Assembly: GCA_951406725.2 (NCBI GenBank)
Contig: OX597822.1
Coordinates: 85,932,001-85,996,000, forward strand
DNA: 64,000 nt
Origin: Octopus vulgaris
Lineage: Eukaryota
Direction of reading: 5' to 3'
Part shown: positions 1 through 12,600 of the stretch, piece by piece
Position numbering within the stretch: the stretch's first letter is position 1
Layout: every line of letters starts with the position of its first letter
Made by a program: the position numbers and the translations under genes
The notes under the pieces: model-generated
What the model saw: the letters and a program-made list of their open reading frames with translations, nothing else
Databases searched by the model: none
Told to the model about the DNA's origin: nothing

Positions 1-82
1 GGTCAAATAGAGGAAGTAGTTCTCTGATATTTAGTAAATATTTTGATGAAGTGTATTATTATTATTATTATTATTATTTATT

Positions 83-475
83 ACCATGCAAAATGTTTTG
101 CAGCATTTCATCTGTCATTAGATTCTGAGTTCAAATTCTGCCAAGGTCGGCTTTGCTTTTCATCCTTTCAGGATCGATAAATTAAGTACCAGTGAAATAC
201 TGGGGTTGATGTATTCGACTAGTCCCCTTCCTCAAAATTTCAGGCCTTGTGCCTTTAGTAAAAAGGATTATTGTTGTTCATAAGGTGGCAAACTGGCAGA
301 CTGGTTAACATGCCGGGCAAAATGCTCAGAGGCATTTCATTTGCCTTTACATTCTGAGTTCAAATTCGACCCAGGTCAACTGTGTCTTTTGTCTGTTCAG
401 GGTTGATAAAATAAGAACCAGCTAAGTACTGAGGTTGATATACTTGACAATGTGCTCCCCCAAAATTTCAGGTCC
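83..475 (+). mobile_element. Two tandem tRNA-derived SINEs with a Meta-like central domain and (TTA)n tail
   Basis: B box GAGTTCAAATTC followed by GCTTTTCATCCTTTC...GATAAA...AAGTACCAG; resembles the MetaSINE domain (from memory). Confidence 0.7.
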
Positions 476-1070
476 GAGTGAAATCATAGTCATGGCTGAT
501 GCCAGCGCCATCTGACTGGTACCCATGCCAGTAGCATGTAAAAAGCACTGTTCATGCGTTGGGCCTCATGGAGGCAAAGGCATCAAGCCAAGTGGGACCA
601 TAGTCATGGCTGATACCAGTGTCATGTAACTGGCCCGTTAAAAGGACCCTTCAATTCTTGGGTGATATGCTGTGTTTGTGAAGACCTGTAGAACTGAGTG
701 AAATCACAGTTGTGGCCCAATGTCAGTGCCATCTGACTGCCACCTGTGCCAGTGGCTTGTAAAAAGCACCATTCGAGCACTGGGCCTCATGGAGGCACTG
801 ACGGGTGACCAAGACTCTAGGCAATATACTGTGCTTGTGTTGACCTGTCAAGCCAAGTGGGACCGTAGTTATGGCCGATGCCAGTGTCAGGTCAATGGTG
901 CCCATTACGTTCTTGGAGTGGTTGGCTTTAAGAAGAGCATCCAGCCGTAGAAACCTTGCCGAATCAGACTGGAACCTGGTGCAGACCCCCCACCCCCCCG
1001 CCTTACCACTTTTCAGTCAAACTGTCCAACCCATACCAGGTATGGAAAGCAGACGTAAAATTATGATGAT
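476..1070 (+). mobile_element. RTE-LINE 3'UTR copy with (TGA)n tail
   Basis: GAGTGGTTGG...GCATCCAGC...TGATGATG family signature; further plus copies at ~1880-2040, 11720-11991, 28210-28643, 29065-29234, 30752-30955, 32860-33021, 45875-46060. Confidence 0.75.
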
Positions 1071-1670
1071 GTACATCTAGTAGAAAGGATTAATATTATT
1101 ATTCATCTCCCTTAAGAGTTAACAATGTTGGTAACAATTTAAATCTTGACAGGTTAGTAACAGTAATATACTTGGGTCTGTTCAATCAATTATTATACCT
1201 TTCCCCAACAATCATTGTCAGTTGCCACAGCAGCAACTACCATAATATTTTGGTAAATTCTTCAGGAGCTGATTCTCCGTTCCAGGATCAAATCCCAGTT
1301 GCAATTGGATTTACTTCCCCCACTAAGGCCATGGAAAAAGGATGAAAGCCATTACTTCCCTTTAGATACTATCACTACCCACATAATTTCTTAGGCATAA
1401 GGCTAATTGATGAGGAGGGATTAATCAATTAAATTGATCCCAGTTCTTGATTAATGCACTTTGACCCCAGAAGGATAAAAGGTAAAGCTGACCTCAGCAT
1501 GATTTGAAACTAGAACATAGGCACAGGCAAGGCTGTGTGTTAAGAAGTTTGCTTCCCAGCCACATGGTTTTGTTGTTCAGTTGGTCAAGTGTCTTTTACT
1601 ATAAGCCTTGGGCTGACCAAAGCTTTGTGAGTGGATTTGGTAGACGGAAACTGAAAGAAGCCTGTCATAC

Positions 1671-1712
<42 letters not shown>

Positions 1713-2285
1713 AAACAAGTCAAAATAAGAAAATGCTGAAAACAATTTTATCCGTGAACATTTCAGTACCTCGTCTGGCACCTTTCGGTTATTTTGCCAG
1801 CCTTTCTGGCAACTTGTAACGGCGGCACATAAAAAATCCGAATTTAGAAAGCCTCGTCTAGCACCTGTGTCGAAAAAATTTTTCTCGGAGTGGTTGGCGT
1901 TAAGGGCATCCATTTCTGTAGAAACACTGCCACATCTGACTGGCCTGGTGCAGCCTTCGGGCTTCCCAGACCCCAGTTGAACCGTCCAACCCATGCTAGC
2001 ATGGAAAGTGGACGTTAAACGATGATGATGATGATGATGATATATATATATTTCCAAAATAACTTCTGATATTGAACTCTGCTATTTCCTTCTATTTAAC
2101 TCTCTCTCATATTGTCATATTCCATGACATATTCTCTCATATTCCATAGCTTGCAAGTTCTGTGGATATGCAGACACACACACATTCATACAGACATGCG
2201 ACAATACAAAAGAGTGTCAGAGCTAAAGTGAAGAAAAGTAAGCAAGACGTATTTCATCTCTATTAGTATTATTATTATTATATAT

Positions 2286-2291
2286 TTTATT
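2286..2291 (-). promoter_or_regulatory. Candidate polyadenylation signal AATAAA for UBR3 (~1.2 kb microsatellite-rich 3'UTR)
   Basis: AATAAA on the minus strand ~1.2 kb after the stop codon, before the SINE/LINE-rich flank. Confidence 0.45.
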
Positions 2292-3497
2292 GTGAAGAAG
2301 AAACAATATTTTTTGTTCTTTTAATAGATTTAATATACAGTTTGGCTAGAATACAAGTTCAAAGAAATTCAGTGGTATATTTGTTGTTGTTGTTGTGGTG
2401 GAGGTGGAGGTGGTGGTGGCTGCTACTGCTGCTGTTGCGCTTGTCTTTTGGTGCTGTTTAAAAAAATTTATACATTTTTAACACATTTGCTACATAAGAA
2501 CAAGAAAGTATGAATGCTCTTAGGAAGCTGAAGAGGAGGAGGAATAAATGAAAGAAAAACAAATTGAAGACTGGGAAAGGAAAGAGAGTGTGTGTGTAGG
2601 GAAAGAGAGAAATATGGGAGATGGAATTAGGAAAGGAAAAAAGAATGTGAGGAATGGGGTGAAGTGGGAAAATAACAAGGGTAGGAGGAATCATTTTTTT
2701 AAAAATCGAAAGACTTAAGAAAGAAAGAGAGAGAGAGAGAGAGTGTAAATGGAGAGATAAAAATATACACACCCTGCCGCCACCAGATACACAAACATAT
2801 ACAGCACTGTACATACATGCACACATACACAAACACTCATTTACGTATACAACAGACATTTCATTTTCTCCTATATACATAAATACACACACACACACCC
2901 ACTGTCTCCTTCTCTCTCCCTCTCTCGGAAATTCGCACAGTCCTCATCTTTCTACGTTCATATGTCCAACAGGCAGAGTTTTTGTTCCTTGAGAGTAAAG
3001 CATAGCAGGCCTCCCCTTGCCATGCAGTTCCCAACATCACAGTAAACAGGTAACAACAACAAGATTCTTTAGTAACAATGAAAAAGGCAAGGAGCAGGAA
3101 TGATAGGCAAGACAACAATAACAACAGCAGCAGCAGTCGTAGTTCAATGACGTGAGGTAAAGTGTGAGGGGAGAGAATTTACAGGGGAGGGGGAATTATT
3201 AGAGGTGGAGGGTCATGACTGGAGAGGACAGCAACGATAATAACAAGAACAGCACCAGTGATAATTAAAAATAGTCTTTGTTAGAAGGGTTCCAAAGATG
3301 GGAGAAGAGAGAATAAAATTGGGGAGGTGCAACAGAGAGAGAGAGTAACAATAACAAAAAAATAACTGAAGAAAACAAAATATTATCAACAACAAAAACC
3401 GCAACAACAACAGCAGCAACACTAACATCATCATCATTGTTATTATTATTATAATGGTGAGCAAAGGCAGCAACTGCTAGAGCAGTTTAAGTCCAGG

Positions 3498-3615
3498 TCA
3501 TAAGTTATTCTTGTGCCAGATCCACTGTTTGCAGGCATGGTCAAAATTGTGTGTACGCCATTGCTGCTCCAATAGCTGATAACGTTCTTCACTTAGGTAG
3601 AGAGGCTTTCCACGT
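3498..3615 (-). CDS. UBR3: UBR3 terminal coding exon 37 ([12 protein letters not shown]...WHKNNL*)
   Basis: cctgcag|A; stop TGA at 3500-3498. Confidence 0.95.
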
Positions 3616-6600
3616 CTGCAGGAAGGAAAACAAAAACATCATGGTTAGTTGTTTTAGTTTCAGGACAAGAAAAATAAAGTGACAGGGCAAGAGTTACGGC
3701 TCAGGCGAAAATGAGCAGATCAATGATCCAAGCTATTCCAGCAGAGACTGTCTTGCCTTTTTGTTTTGCAATCAAATACTAATAAGAACCTCATAATCCA
3801 ATGTGTCCTTCCTTTTTGTAAAATGGTGAAGGGGAAGACATTATATTCTTTATTTAACAATTATTAAGTTAGCATTAACATAGTTAACATAATCAGCATA
3901 AAAGAAAAAGAAACTAATTAGAAATAATTATGCGAAGAGGAAAAGACAACAACATTAGCTCAGTAATTAATATAGTTTAAGTGGCTCAACAAGTAAGGGA
4001 GACAACATTGGATATGTTTCAGTCATATGAGACTTCTTCAGTGAAGCTTAGACCTGACTGTACTTGTAGAAATAAAGATGAAATAATCACTACAGAGATC
4101 AATATTAGATCTCTGTAGATCTGTACAACATTGTACATGGAGAGGTGGCATAGAATATTTGCATATTTAGATAAATCATTGATGGAAAGTACTCAAAGAT
4201 TTTATTGCTTCATGTGGTGTGTGTGAGAGAGAGAGAGAGGACAGAGAGGAGATGTTCAATAAATAATGCTGACATAACAATCGAATTCTTATTTCTTTCA
4301 TATTATTCACATCTGGTCAGTTCTACCAGTTTCAAATAAACCAGCAATATTTCTAATTGTTGTTTTACTTCCAGGCTAACTCTGATTGAAAAACTCAGAA
4401 ATCAAAGACATTCCAATCATGACAACCCCATCTTTAAGAACATCTATGATTACTAAGATCACACTATCCAAGAATCTTTCCTTTCTTAAGTTGGTAGGGC
4501 TTGATTTGAGGGAGATTTGGCTACTATTTCCAGCAGGTCATACAGGCTCTATCATTGGCTCATATATTTTAGTTCTCTCTGCAAAAATTGGTTTATTTTT
4601 TTATGATTTAAGGCAAAAGATGAGGTTAGATCTTGATGCTGGAGTTGATCTGCTTTTTGATATTTTCATTAAATGATAAAAAATATTAACCCAATAAAAG
4701 GTGTTTGTTTTTTTAAATCTACCAAAATTCATCCAATTCAAGATATCAGCATTAAGATCAACAATGATCTGACAAGAGTTGAAATTATTTCTTTAGTTTA
4801 AGAGAGAAATGAGGATGCTAATACAGAACGATCATGCCACCCCACCCATTCTCTTATCAAACATCAGCTAAAATACAAAATCATTTCCTTATCTGACCAC
4901 CACCTTCCATATAACTTAATAAATACAACTCAAATAACTCAAAATCAACTTCTTATTCCCCCACCACCACCACCACAACCCCATCTCCATGAGACTTCCA
5001 TATTTGGACAAGGTGGAGAGATTTCTTAAAGTCAGACACGATCTTTTTTCAAGCAATTACATTGAAATGACCGATGATCTTTCTGTATTAACATCCTCGT
5101 TTCTTTCTTAAACTGAACAAATAATTTCAACTCTTGTCAGACCATTGTTGATCTTAATGGATGAATTTTGGTAGATTTAAAAAAACAAACAACTTTTATT
5201 TGGGTTAATTTTTCTTATCATTTAATGAAAATATCAAAAAGCACATCAACTCCAGCATCAAGATCTAACCTCATCTTTTGCCTTAAATCAAAAAAGTAAA
5301 ACAGTGTCAGCCAACCTAGTTACTCGAAGATTAATACAGTCCCAGGCTGTACTATATCCTGGACAGGCATAGTCCAATTCTACAAATCAAATGGAAATTG
5401 TAGTTGTGATACTCGTGCCAGTAGCATGTTAAAAGCACCATCCGAACATGACCGATGCCAGCGCCGCCTTGACTGGTGCCCATGCCGGTGGCATGTAAAA
5501 AGCACCAACCGATCGTGGCTATTGCCAGGATCCTCTGGCCCCTGTGCCGGTGGCACGAAAAAGCACCCACTACACTCACGGAGTGGTAGGTGTTAGGAAG
5601 GACATCCAGCTGTAGAAACACTGCCAGATCAGTTTGGAGCCTGGTGCAGCTTCCTGGCTTCCCAGACCCCAGTCAAACCATCCAACCCATGCTAGCATGG
5701 AAAATGGATGTTAAAAGATGATGATGATGACTGCAAGACAATATGGTCACAGGTCGATCTTTTGACAGTTTGCACTGTTGAACTCCTTATGAGAGAGAGA
5801 GAAAGAGATGTCTGTCGTCAGCTGTTTTTGTCTTTTAAAATCTGGAACAAGCCCTAAAAAGTTACAGTACCTACCAGAAACAACTATTTTAAAAAAAAAA
5901 AAATATTAAAATAAATAAAAGAAAAACAGACATCAATTGCGAATGCAAAAAGCCTGAAAGAGAGAATGGAATTGGTAATAAAGTTGACTCACCTCAGTTC
6001 TTCATCTTCCTCACCATGTTTGTCAAGATAGACTGATCCCCAAAGTGCTGCTCTCTGGCCACGGATCACAACTACTATGCTTGAGTTTACCAACAGAAAC
6101 ACACCCGTTCCAGCCCCACAAGTTATTGAATGCTAGACAGGAAAAAGAAATTGAAATAACAAATCCCACTTTACACAACAACAGGCATCACATTTGGCAA
6201 ATATTATTAAATTTTGTTTTTATTCTATGGTTGGATTCTCAAAAGGTACACTCGTTTAACAGCAGGGAAAATGCTAGAATTTGGACATAGCTCTTTCACT
6301 ACTTTGAGGTCATAAAATTCGAGCAAGTCTCCAGGTTCAATCACTGGTTAAGCCATCCTATTTTATTTATTTCTAATAGTAACACTATTAGAAATAAGAA
6401 AAGTATTTTTGGCTGTGATTTACTAATCTAGACAAGACTAGGTTCCACTCAGCTGATTTTGTCAATTATATACAACAAGTGAACAACTCGAGTGGCTGAC
6501 TCAATTAGACTCAAGGGAAATTTTCATTTGAGTCAAAGCAGTTGACTCAACTTGGTTTACAGACAATTGCTTTCTAGCAGAAACTGGCATCCAACCAGAA

Positions 6601-9600
6601 GAAAACATTGGATCTTCTGCTTGAAGATGAAGCAGAATCAAAAAAAGATCTACATGAAAATATCTTTAATCTTCTTCAACTTATCAATTACAAAGCTAGG
6701 GTTGAACAGTTTTACAAATTTCTATATTTGAACATGAATTCATGAAATAAATATTCTCATATTTATTTGTTACATTAAAACCATGATGGTATGATTTCAT
6801 CCCATGGTTGAGTTGACAACAGTAGCAGCTGCAACTTTTATGCAACACTGGTAAAATTTCAGTTTTTGAATTTGTTTTTTATTTTGTTGAAGATGTGGGA
6901 AACCACTCGGTATATTTGATACAACAGTCACGACTAAAGCCTTTTCTACCATCCCTCACAGCACCAAAGACAAGTCACTCTATTACAGAAGAGAGCAATG
7001 TTAAGTTTTAGCAGTCAGTATGCAGATATTGTTATGCACACAGAACGTATGATTATTAATTACAATAATGATTAAACTTTTGTGCAGTAATTGCAATCTA
7101 TATGTGCATTCAGAGAGCTTAGAGTTAGCATATGAAATAGTTTCCCAAGAATTCACCATCATCATCATCCATTTTCCAAGCTTGCATGGTTTGGATGATT
7201 TGACAGGAGCTGTACCAAGTTCCACAGTTTGGCTTAGTTTCTATGGCTGGATGCCCTTCCTAACGCCAACCACTTTACAGGGTGTGGACTGGGTGCTTTT
7301 TATGTGGCACCAGCAGAATTGACTGTCCATATTTACAGATTGACACTATAGACAAGTGTATATTATACAAGAATAAATGCACCATATTATATTTTACAGC
7401 TGAATATCTTTACACATAAGACAACAATCTGGGACAAATTACACTACAGAAAACTAACATCTTCTCCAACATAAGATTCCTCTTTTAACTACTTTATGCT
7501 ACAAACTATGTCCACAAGTTTCATAAAAAATTTAACAGAACTTCACAAATAAAACAAGTGCAATAAACTTCAAGTAGACAGTGCTTACCTGTACACATTC
7601 TCGAACTGATTCATGTTCACAGCAAGCTTCTCGGAAGCAGAGAAACTCTGCACATATTAAACATATCGTTGGATCTCGAGGAATTTTGTTACAAATCATA
7701 CAGGTTTTGTTGCGGTACTCCTGGAATATTTTGTAGTATTGATCAGGAAGTTCCACAAGCCTTGGTGGATGGAAAAAAAAACTTGAAGGAAGTAAATACT
7801 GAAAAAGAAAATCAAATAAAATAACCGCATTAGTAAGAAAACACACAGACATACACATGGCTTGTGATTTAATATACAAAAGGCAATGATTACATTCTGT
7901 AAAAGTTCCTGATCTCAAGTATAGAAGGTTGGTGCTTTTCTTTGATCTTTCAGGCAAATATTTGACATTATCATACAGGGTAGCCATGTTTGGAACCTGA
8001 ACAACTGGCAAATCATGCACTGCCTAAGCTTTCAATTTACTGCAAAATCTGAGCATGAAACTTGAAGTAACTCATATAATTCACATATTCATTAAATCAC
8101 ACACACACACACACACATATCCAGATTTTACAGTTTTATATTTGAGAGATGAAGAATTATGTACATCATTTACATTTGACAGATATTTGTCTTCATCTTG
8201 TTAAAACAACGTTTTGGCTGATATACTTTCCCACAGGCATATGGTGTAGAGGTTAAGAGTGCAGGCTACTAACCCCAAGATTCTGAGTTCAATTCCAGGC
8301 AGTGACCTGAATAATAATAATAATAACATCCAAAAATACCTTAGGAATGAGAACCCAGGTTCGAAATTTCCCCAGGACACCTGAAGAAGGCTGGAGAGTA
8401 TATAAGCTGAAACGCTGTGTTAACAACAAACAAGATGAGGGCAAATATCCGTCAAATGTAAATAATGTATCCAGATTTTAAATTCCATTTATATCAATAA
8501 TTGGTGCCCTTAGTATTATGAGTAAATGCCAAAGTGCCAATCTGGATAAGCTAGGGTTTTCAGAACAAAGAACTCAACCAACTGACTCTCACATTACAAA
8601 TACAATCTGTAAATGGAACAGTAAAAATGAGCAAGACTTTTCTTGAGTTTAAAATGAGACTTTGCTTTAGTTATCAACATTCCAATGATGGAGTTTTGTA
8701 TCTTTGTAAGAAACCAGCTACTTCTTCGGAGAAAGAACTTAGATAATTAAAAACAGAACACACACACACCTCGTATGACTTAATGCATCTATGTATGAGT
8801 TGAAGACATGAGTGTGATTTGAGGTGACATACTTGATTCTTGAGAGAAGGAGGTCCATCAATTGCTGTAGCTAATTCATGTAGCCAGAACCGGGTGATTG
8901 GTAAAATCTCAGGTACACAGAATTGAACAAAATGTTCAGTTCGTTGAGTTTCTTCTATTTTGCGAGGAATAGATAATCCTGATTGAGTATCAACAGATGC
9001 GCTTGGCTGGCTATCACAAGACTTTCCACCTAACATGAGGTAGTGGCAGAGGTAGGTAAATTCAGATGGATACTGAAACAGAAAAAAATATTTAAACATA
9101 ACAGCTTTTAGTACATATCATAAGATCCAAAGATTTTAGTTCCAATCACCATAAATTTTATAATTTTGGCTAATCTCAATTTCGAGTCCCTCGTCATCAG
9201 TAAATGTTCCATTCATATTCTTAAACTTGTATTTAACTCATTAACTGCCAAATTTTTGTTATTGATATTTTTTGGCTTTGCCAAGTGTCTTAGGAGTTAA
9301 AATAATATATAGTATTTAAATTTTCTTCACATGTGAATTATTTTGGAAATTATGATAAACTTTTCAAAAAGTTCCAAATAGGGATCACTGTAAAAAAACA
9401 TATTTCTCCTTTTCTATTCAATTAAAATAATAAACATTTTAATTTTTTTCAAACTATAGTATCAAGTGCGAATATGTATGAAATATCACGGAATGATATA
9501 AATGAGAAATGCCAAAAAAAAAAAAAGTTTTCAAAACAGTCAATATTTTTGTAGTTCAAAAATTGCAATTTATGACATAAAATGTCCTTTAGAATTAGCC

Positions 9601-12600
9601 AGAGATAATAATGACAAACTTTAAACTACTAAATATTGTTAAACACACTTCTGCAAACGCTATGTACATAAGCAATTCACTTTAAATAAAAACGACCAAC
9701 TGGCAGTGAGACGGTTTTTAGCAGATCCTCAAATGGGGCTCATGGATACATACAAATATATAAGTGTATACATAATCACCACTCTCAGTTAACATCCACT
9801 TTCCATGCTGGCATGGATTGGACAGTTCAACAGGAGCTCTGCTACACAGAACAATGTGCCAAGCTCTAATGTCCGCTTTGGCATAGTTTCTATGGTTGGA
9901 TGACCTTCCTAATGCCAACCACTTTACAGAGTGAACTGGGTGGTTCTCTGTAGAACCAGCAGCATCCAACAAATAATTTGTAAGACCACTCAAATGAGGA
10001 GGGAGCAGTTGTGAAGGAGGTGGTTTAGTGCCAGGAGATGAGTTAGAGTATGAATAGAGGGATTAAAATAGGGGTCTTGTATTAAAAGAGATACATGGCT
10101 CCCTCAATAGGAGCGAGAGATGTGAGTGGGAGGTGTGTATAATTGGAAGCAAGGATGGGAGAGGGTCAATGGGTGGAGAAAGTTCACAAGAATGCAAAAG
10201 AAGGGAAAGAAATGGGTATTAGGAGGATAAGTGTTGTGGGGAAGAGGTTCAACAGGGACATATTGTGTGAAGGTCAAGTGAGTGAGGAAGAGTTGGGGAA
10301 CCGAGTTGTCGGGGACAGATTGCGAGCATTCCTAAAAACTATACTAAAAGAAATGAAGAACTAAATGTGATGTAGACTCCCCAGGCCACACCTAAAAAAA
10401 GCAATGTCTCTGAATAAATAACCAACTGATAGAGAGAGAAAATAAAGGAAATTCTTTACATGTGGTGCCATTGGAACATCAATATGTACCCAGTCCATGC
10501 TGTAAAGTGATTAATGATAAGAAGAACATCTAATTGTGACAGAAGAAGCAACAAACATTGGTGCCTTCTTTGTTGTTATGTGTATTGGACTGTGATAAAT
10601 AGAGAGAGAAGTTAGCATCCAACTCATGGAAACAAAGCAATGATGATGATGATACACCCGAGAAGAAATTAAGCAGATTTTGCTTACAACTGAATAAAAA
10701 AAAGAGTAAAATATTTACCAAAATCTCTATCAAATACTTACCTTTTTCTGTGGGAATTCTTCATCAAATAAATGTCGCTGTAAGAGTGCAGCAATTCTTA
10801 AATAAGGAAGCAAATATGACTGTAAAACATTTTCTATACTGTCTGGACTCCAGATCCACTGCGATATCTACAAGAAAGATTGACTGACTGAACTTTACTC
10901 AAACCACAATGATAATTCAATAGGATTCAATTTATTTTCACCCATATTTCTGCTTTTAACAAGAAAACAAATTAGATCTCTTCTCTTCCTCACATTTCCA
11001 CTTCATGCATTATGCTTACCTCCCACTCCCCAATCCTTTGGCCCTGTGCCACTGTATCATTGCTTTCTGCTAGCATCTGACCTGTGTGTCCCACCCACGC
11101 CCTGCCTCATAGTATCATTGCTGTCCTCAACCCACATGGAACAAGAAAAATTTTCACTCACCCTACCCCAACAAACCCACCTACATCTCTTCTTCACATT
11201 TCCTCCTTCATACATTATGCCTACATCTTACTCCCCAAACCTGTTCTTCTGTATCATTGCTATCCGGTAGCCACCCCGGAAAGGTTTTTGCCAATCACTG
11301 CCCACCTCCGCACTCTTTAATCATGCTTCCTTTGCAATATCCTGCCATTTATATTATGGCGTTCAAACCCCAAGGGTATGCCCTGGCACTTGCAACCATC
11401 TATATCTCTCTCTTTCTTTACTCAACCATCCCATTTATATTCTGATCCCTGTCCCTTGTGAGTATGCCTGGCATTTAGCCACCATTTCTATCCTGCTGTC
11501 TCCTACCCTCTCTCTCTTTCCTTCTCCTGCACTTCCTTCAGGTTGGGTAACCATGTATTTCCTTTGTGGTGGCACATCTGTTTTTGTCTTCATTCTCTCT
11601 TCTCTCTCTCTCCAGCTGGGTACCTTGTACCTCCTCTACAGCAAGACACCTGTTTCTGTCTCTCTGCCTCACTCTAACTTTTCTTCATCTGACACAAGAT
11701 CACCTCTCCTCTCAAAAGAGTTTTTGGTTTTGCAAGATACTTGGTGACCCTGTCAGTGCAGGTGCCACTTAAAAAGCATCCAGTCCACACAGGTTGGCAT
11801 TTGGAAGGGCATCCAGCTGTAAAAACCTAACCTGTGCTTGTGCCACATAAAAAGCACTGAGTCTGCATCCAGCTGTAAAAATCCTGCCAAAACAATCACA
11901 GGAGTCGGGTGCAGGCTTCTGCCTGACTGGCTCCTGCCAAACCGTCCCACCCATGCCAGCATGGAAGGCAGATGTGAAACGATGATGATGATTCTTTTCT
12001 GCTTTCTTTTAACATCTCACAACAACACTTAACCAGATCACTCCCTCAACACCACATCGCAATTATACCACAAACAAACTTTTCTCTTGATATATATTTC
12101 AATACTTCATTTTCTCAAAAAACAGTTTCACTGAAGACTGCTCAGATATGTTAAAAACAAACAAGTTGTCAAACAGATACTTACACACCCAAGTTGCTGA
12201 TCTTTCTCATCGTACAGTTGACTGAGTTGCAGTCGTGTAATGACATGACTCATCATTCCACTGACTTCTTGCAAAGAATCCTGAAAACATTTAAATCAAC
12301 AATGAAGACAAAGAAGGATAATGTGCAGACAAGAATGAGCCAGCAAATGAGAGAGCCAGCCAATGGGGGAGCCAACCATCGGGGGAGCCAGCAAATGAGG
12401 AAACCAGCCAATGAAAGAACCAGCCAATGGGGGAGCCAGCAAATGAGGGAAAACCCAATGAAGGAGCCAGCCAATGAGGGAGAAGCAAATGAGAGAGCCA
12501 GCCAATGGGGAAGCCAGCAAATAAGAGAACCAGCTAGTGGGGGAGCCAGCAAATGAGGGAAAACCCAATGAAGGAGCCAGCCAATGAGGGAGAAGCAAAT

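Noticed and set aside
2458-3473. Hydrophobic minus-strand ORFs of 86-146 aa
   Set aside because: Low-complexity translations of the microsatellite-rich UBR3 3'UTR.
3477-3500. TGA-C stop followed by PGLKLL-TAG (possible readthrough or targeting signal)
   Set aside because: The context is TGA-CCT, not the strong TGA-CTA motif, and -KLL is not a canonical PTS1; no other support.
8236-8307. tRNA gene
   Set aside because: The acceptor stem does not pair and it lies inside a TSD-flanked repeat; it is a SINE-type head, as is ~45108-45180.
9165-9210. Minus-strand CTGATGA-C-GAG-gga-CTC-GAAA hammerhead-like core
   Set aside because: No stem I and no convincing stem III; could be chance.
9233-9717. 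Possible TTAA-type MITE (AACTGCCA...TGGCAGT ends)
   Set aside because: The termini are too degraded to call with confidence.
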